A DNA stretch of 64,000 nt, taken from Octopus bimaculoides (lineage: Eukaryota). The stretch is from NCBI RefSeq assembly GCF_001194135.2, contig NC_068989.1, positions 4,080,699 to 4,144,698 of the forward strand, given 5' to 3'. The position numbers and the translations under genes are program-made. The notes below the pieces were generated by a model that did not search any database, was not told the origin of the DNA, and worked only from the letters and a program-made list of their open reading frames with translations. How positions within the stretch are numbered: the first letter of the stretch is position 1; every line of letters begins with the position of its first letter. Of the stretch, positions 63,249 through 64,000 are shown one piece after another.

Positions 63249-64000
63249 ATATACACAAATGTATATATTTATGCACGTATATCTCTATTTGCGTAGATTT
63301 AATTGATACAAGGGCTAATTAAATATGCATATTGTATATACACCGCTTTAGACGTACCAGTCTATTTAAAACGCGTGTAATTTAGGTAGCCAGTTTCGAT
63401 TCCTACAGGGTGTTTAAAGAAGGTTTTTTTCTGGATTTATATAATGCGTCTTTTGTTTGTAGGTGGAGTGTCTGTACACACAAAGAAGCAGACAATCAGA
63501 GATTGATACATGCACATTCGTATAATTATTCTTGCGCGTATATATATTAATACATTTATACAGATATAGTGGCATATAAAAAAGTATGTACATTCATACA
63601 TAGATACCTACGTACATAAGAATATACAAAAATACATACATAAGCCCCATATACACAGTCACTGATTTGTGTATATANNNNNNNNNNNNNNNNNNNNNNN
63701 NNNNNNNNNNNNNNNNNNNNNNNNNNNNNNNNNNNNNNNNNNNNNNNNNNNNNNNNNNNNNNNNNNNNNNNNNNNNNNNNNNNNNNNNNNNNNNNNNNNN
63801 NNNNNNNNNNNNNNNNNNNNNNNNNNNNNNNNNNNNNNNNNNNNNNNNNNNNNNNNNNNNNNNNNNNNNNNNNNNNNNNNNNNNNNNNNNNNNNNNNNNN
63901 NNNNNNNNNNNNNNNNNNNNNNNNNNATATATATGTATATATATAAATTCTCGTTTATATTTCCACAGAAGTTTCCATAGACATGTACGCCTCATATATT

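Larger units (their letters stand above)
1946..64000 (+). other. Probable very large intron of the 1721-1945 gene; the 3' end was not located and could lie in an N gap or beyond the window
   Basis: A by-eye search found no AG|GAY-AAR (D-K) acceptor with a plausible continuation and no RING-like PCGH exon on the + strand. The region is repeats and simple sequence. Confidence 0.45.

Noticed and set aside
311-63995. Most ORFs in the six-frame track (poly-YI, HT, CV, LS, D/M, X-rich)
   Set aside because: They are translations of microsatellites and N gaps, which lack stop codons; no protein-like complexity.
1-64000. CRISPR arrays, rRNA, prokaryotic operons or terminators
   Set aside because: None seen; there is no repeat-spacer periodicity and the sequence is eukaryotic non-coding DNA.

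Overview
Eukaryotic, very AT-rich, microsatellite-dense draft-assembly DNA with about 23 N gaps (~7.5 kb, ~12% of the window). The SINE families and (AT)n/(AC)n/(ATAG)n load look like an octopus (coleoid cephalopod) genome; this is pattern recognition, not a database result. Only one convincing host coding segment is present: a 75-codon first coding exon at 1721-1945 (+) that ends at a phase-0 ATT|GTGAGT donor. I could not find its next exon, so most or all of the remaining ~62 kb is probably one large intron or intergenic DNA. That DNA is filled with tRNA-derived SINEs (families labelled A-D here, several with 15-16 bp TSDs), an abundant bipartite repeat (family G), small hAT and Tc1/mariner MITEs, and a 5'-truncated R4/Dong-like LINE end sitting in a (TAA)n tract. 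The most interesting signals are three copies of a Penelope-like non-autonomous repeat carrying a minimal hammerhead-like motif with an unusual CUGUUGA core, a 41-bp near-perfect hairpin, and closely spaced inverted SINE pairs. Nearly all ORFs in the supplied track are artefacts of simple repeats and N runs. Repeat boundaries were read by eye and are approximate (about +/-10 nt) unless a TSD or TIR is quoted.
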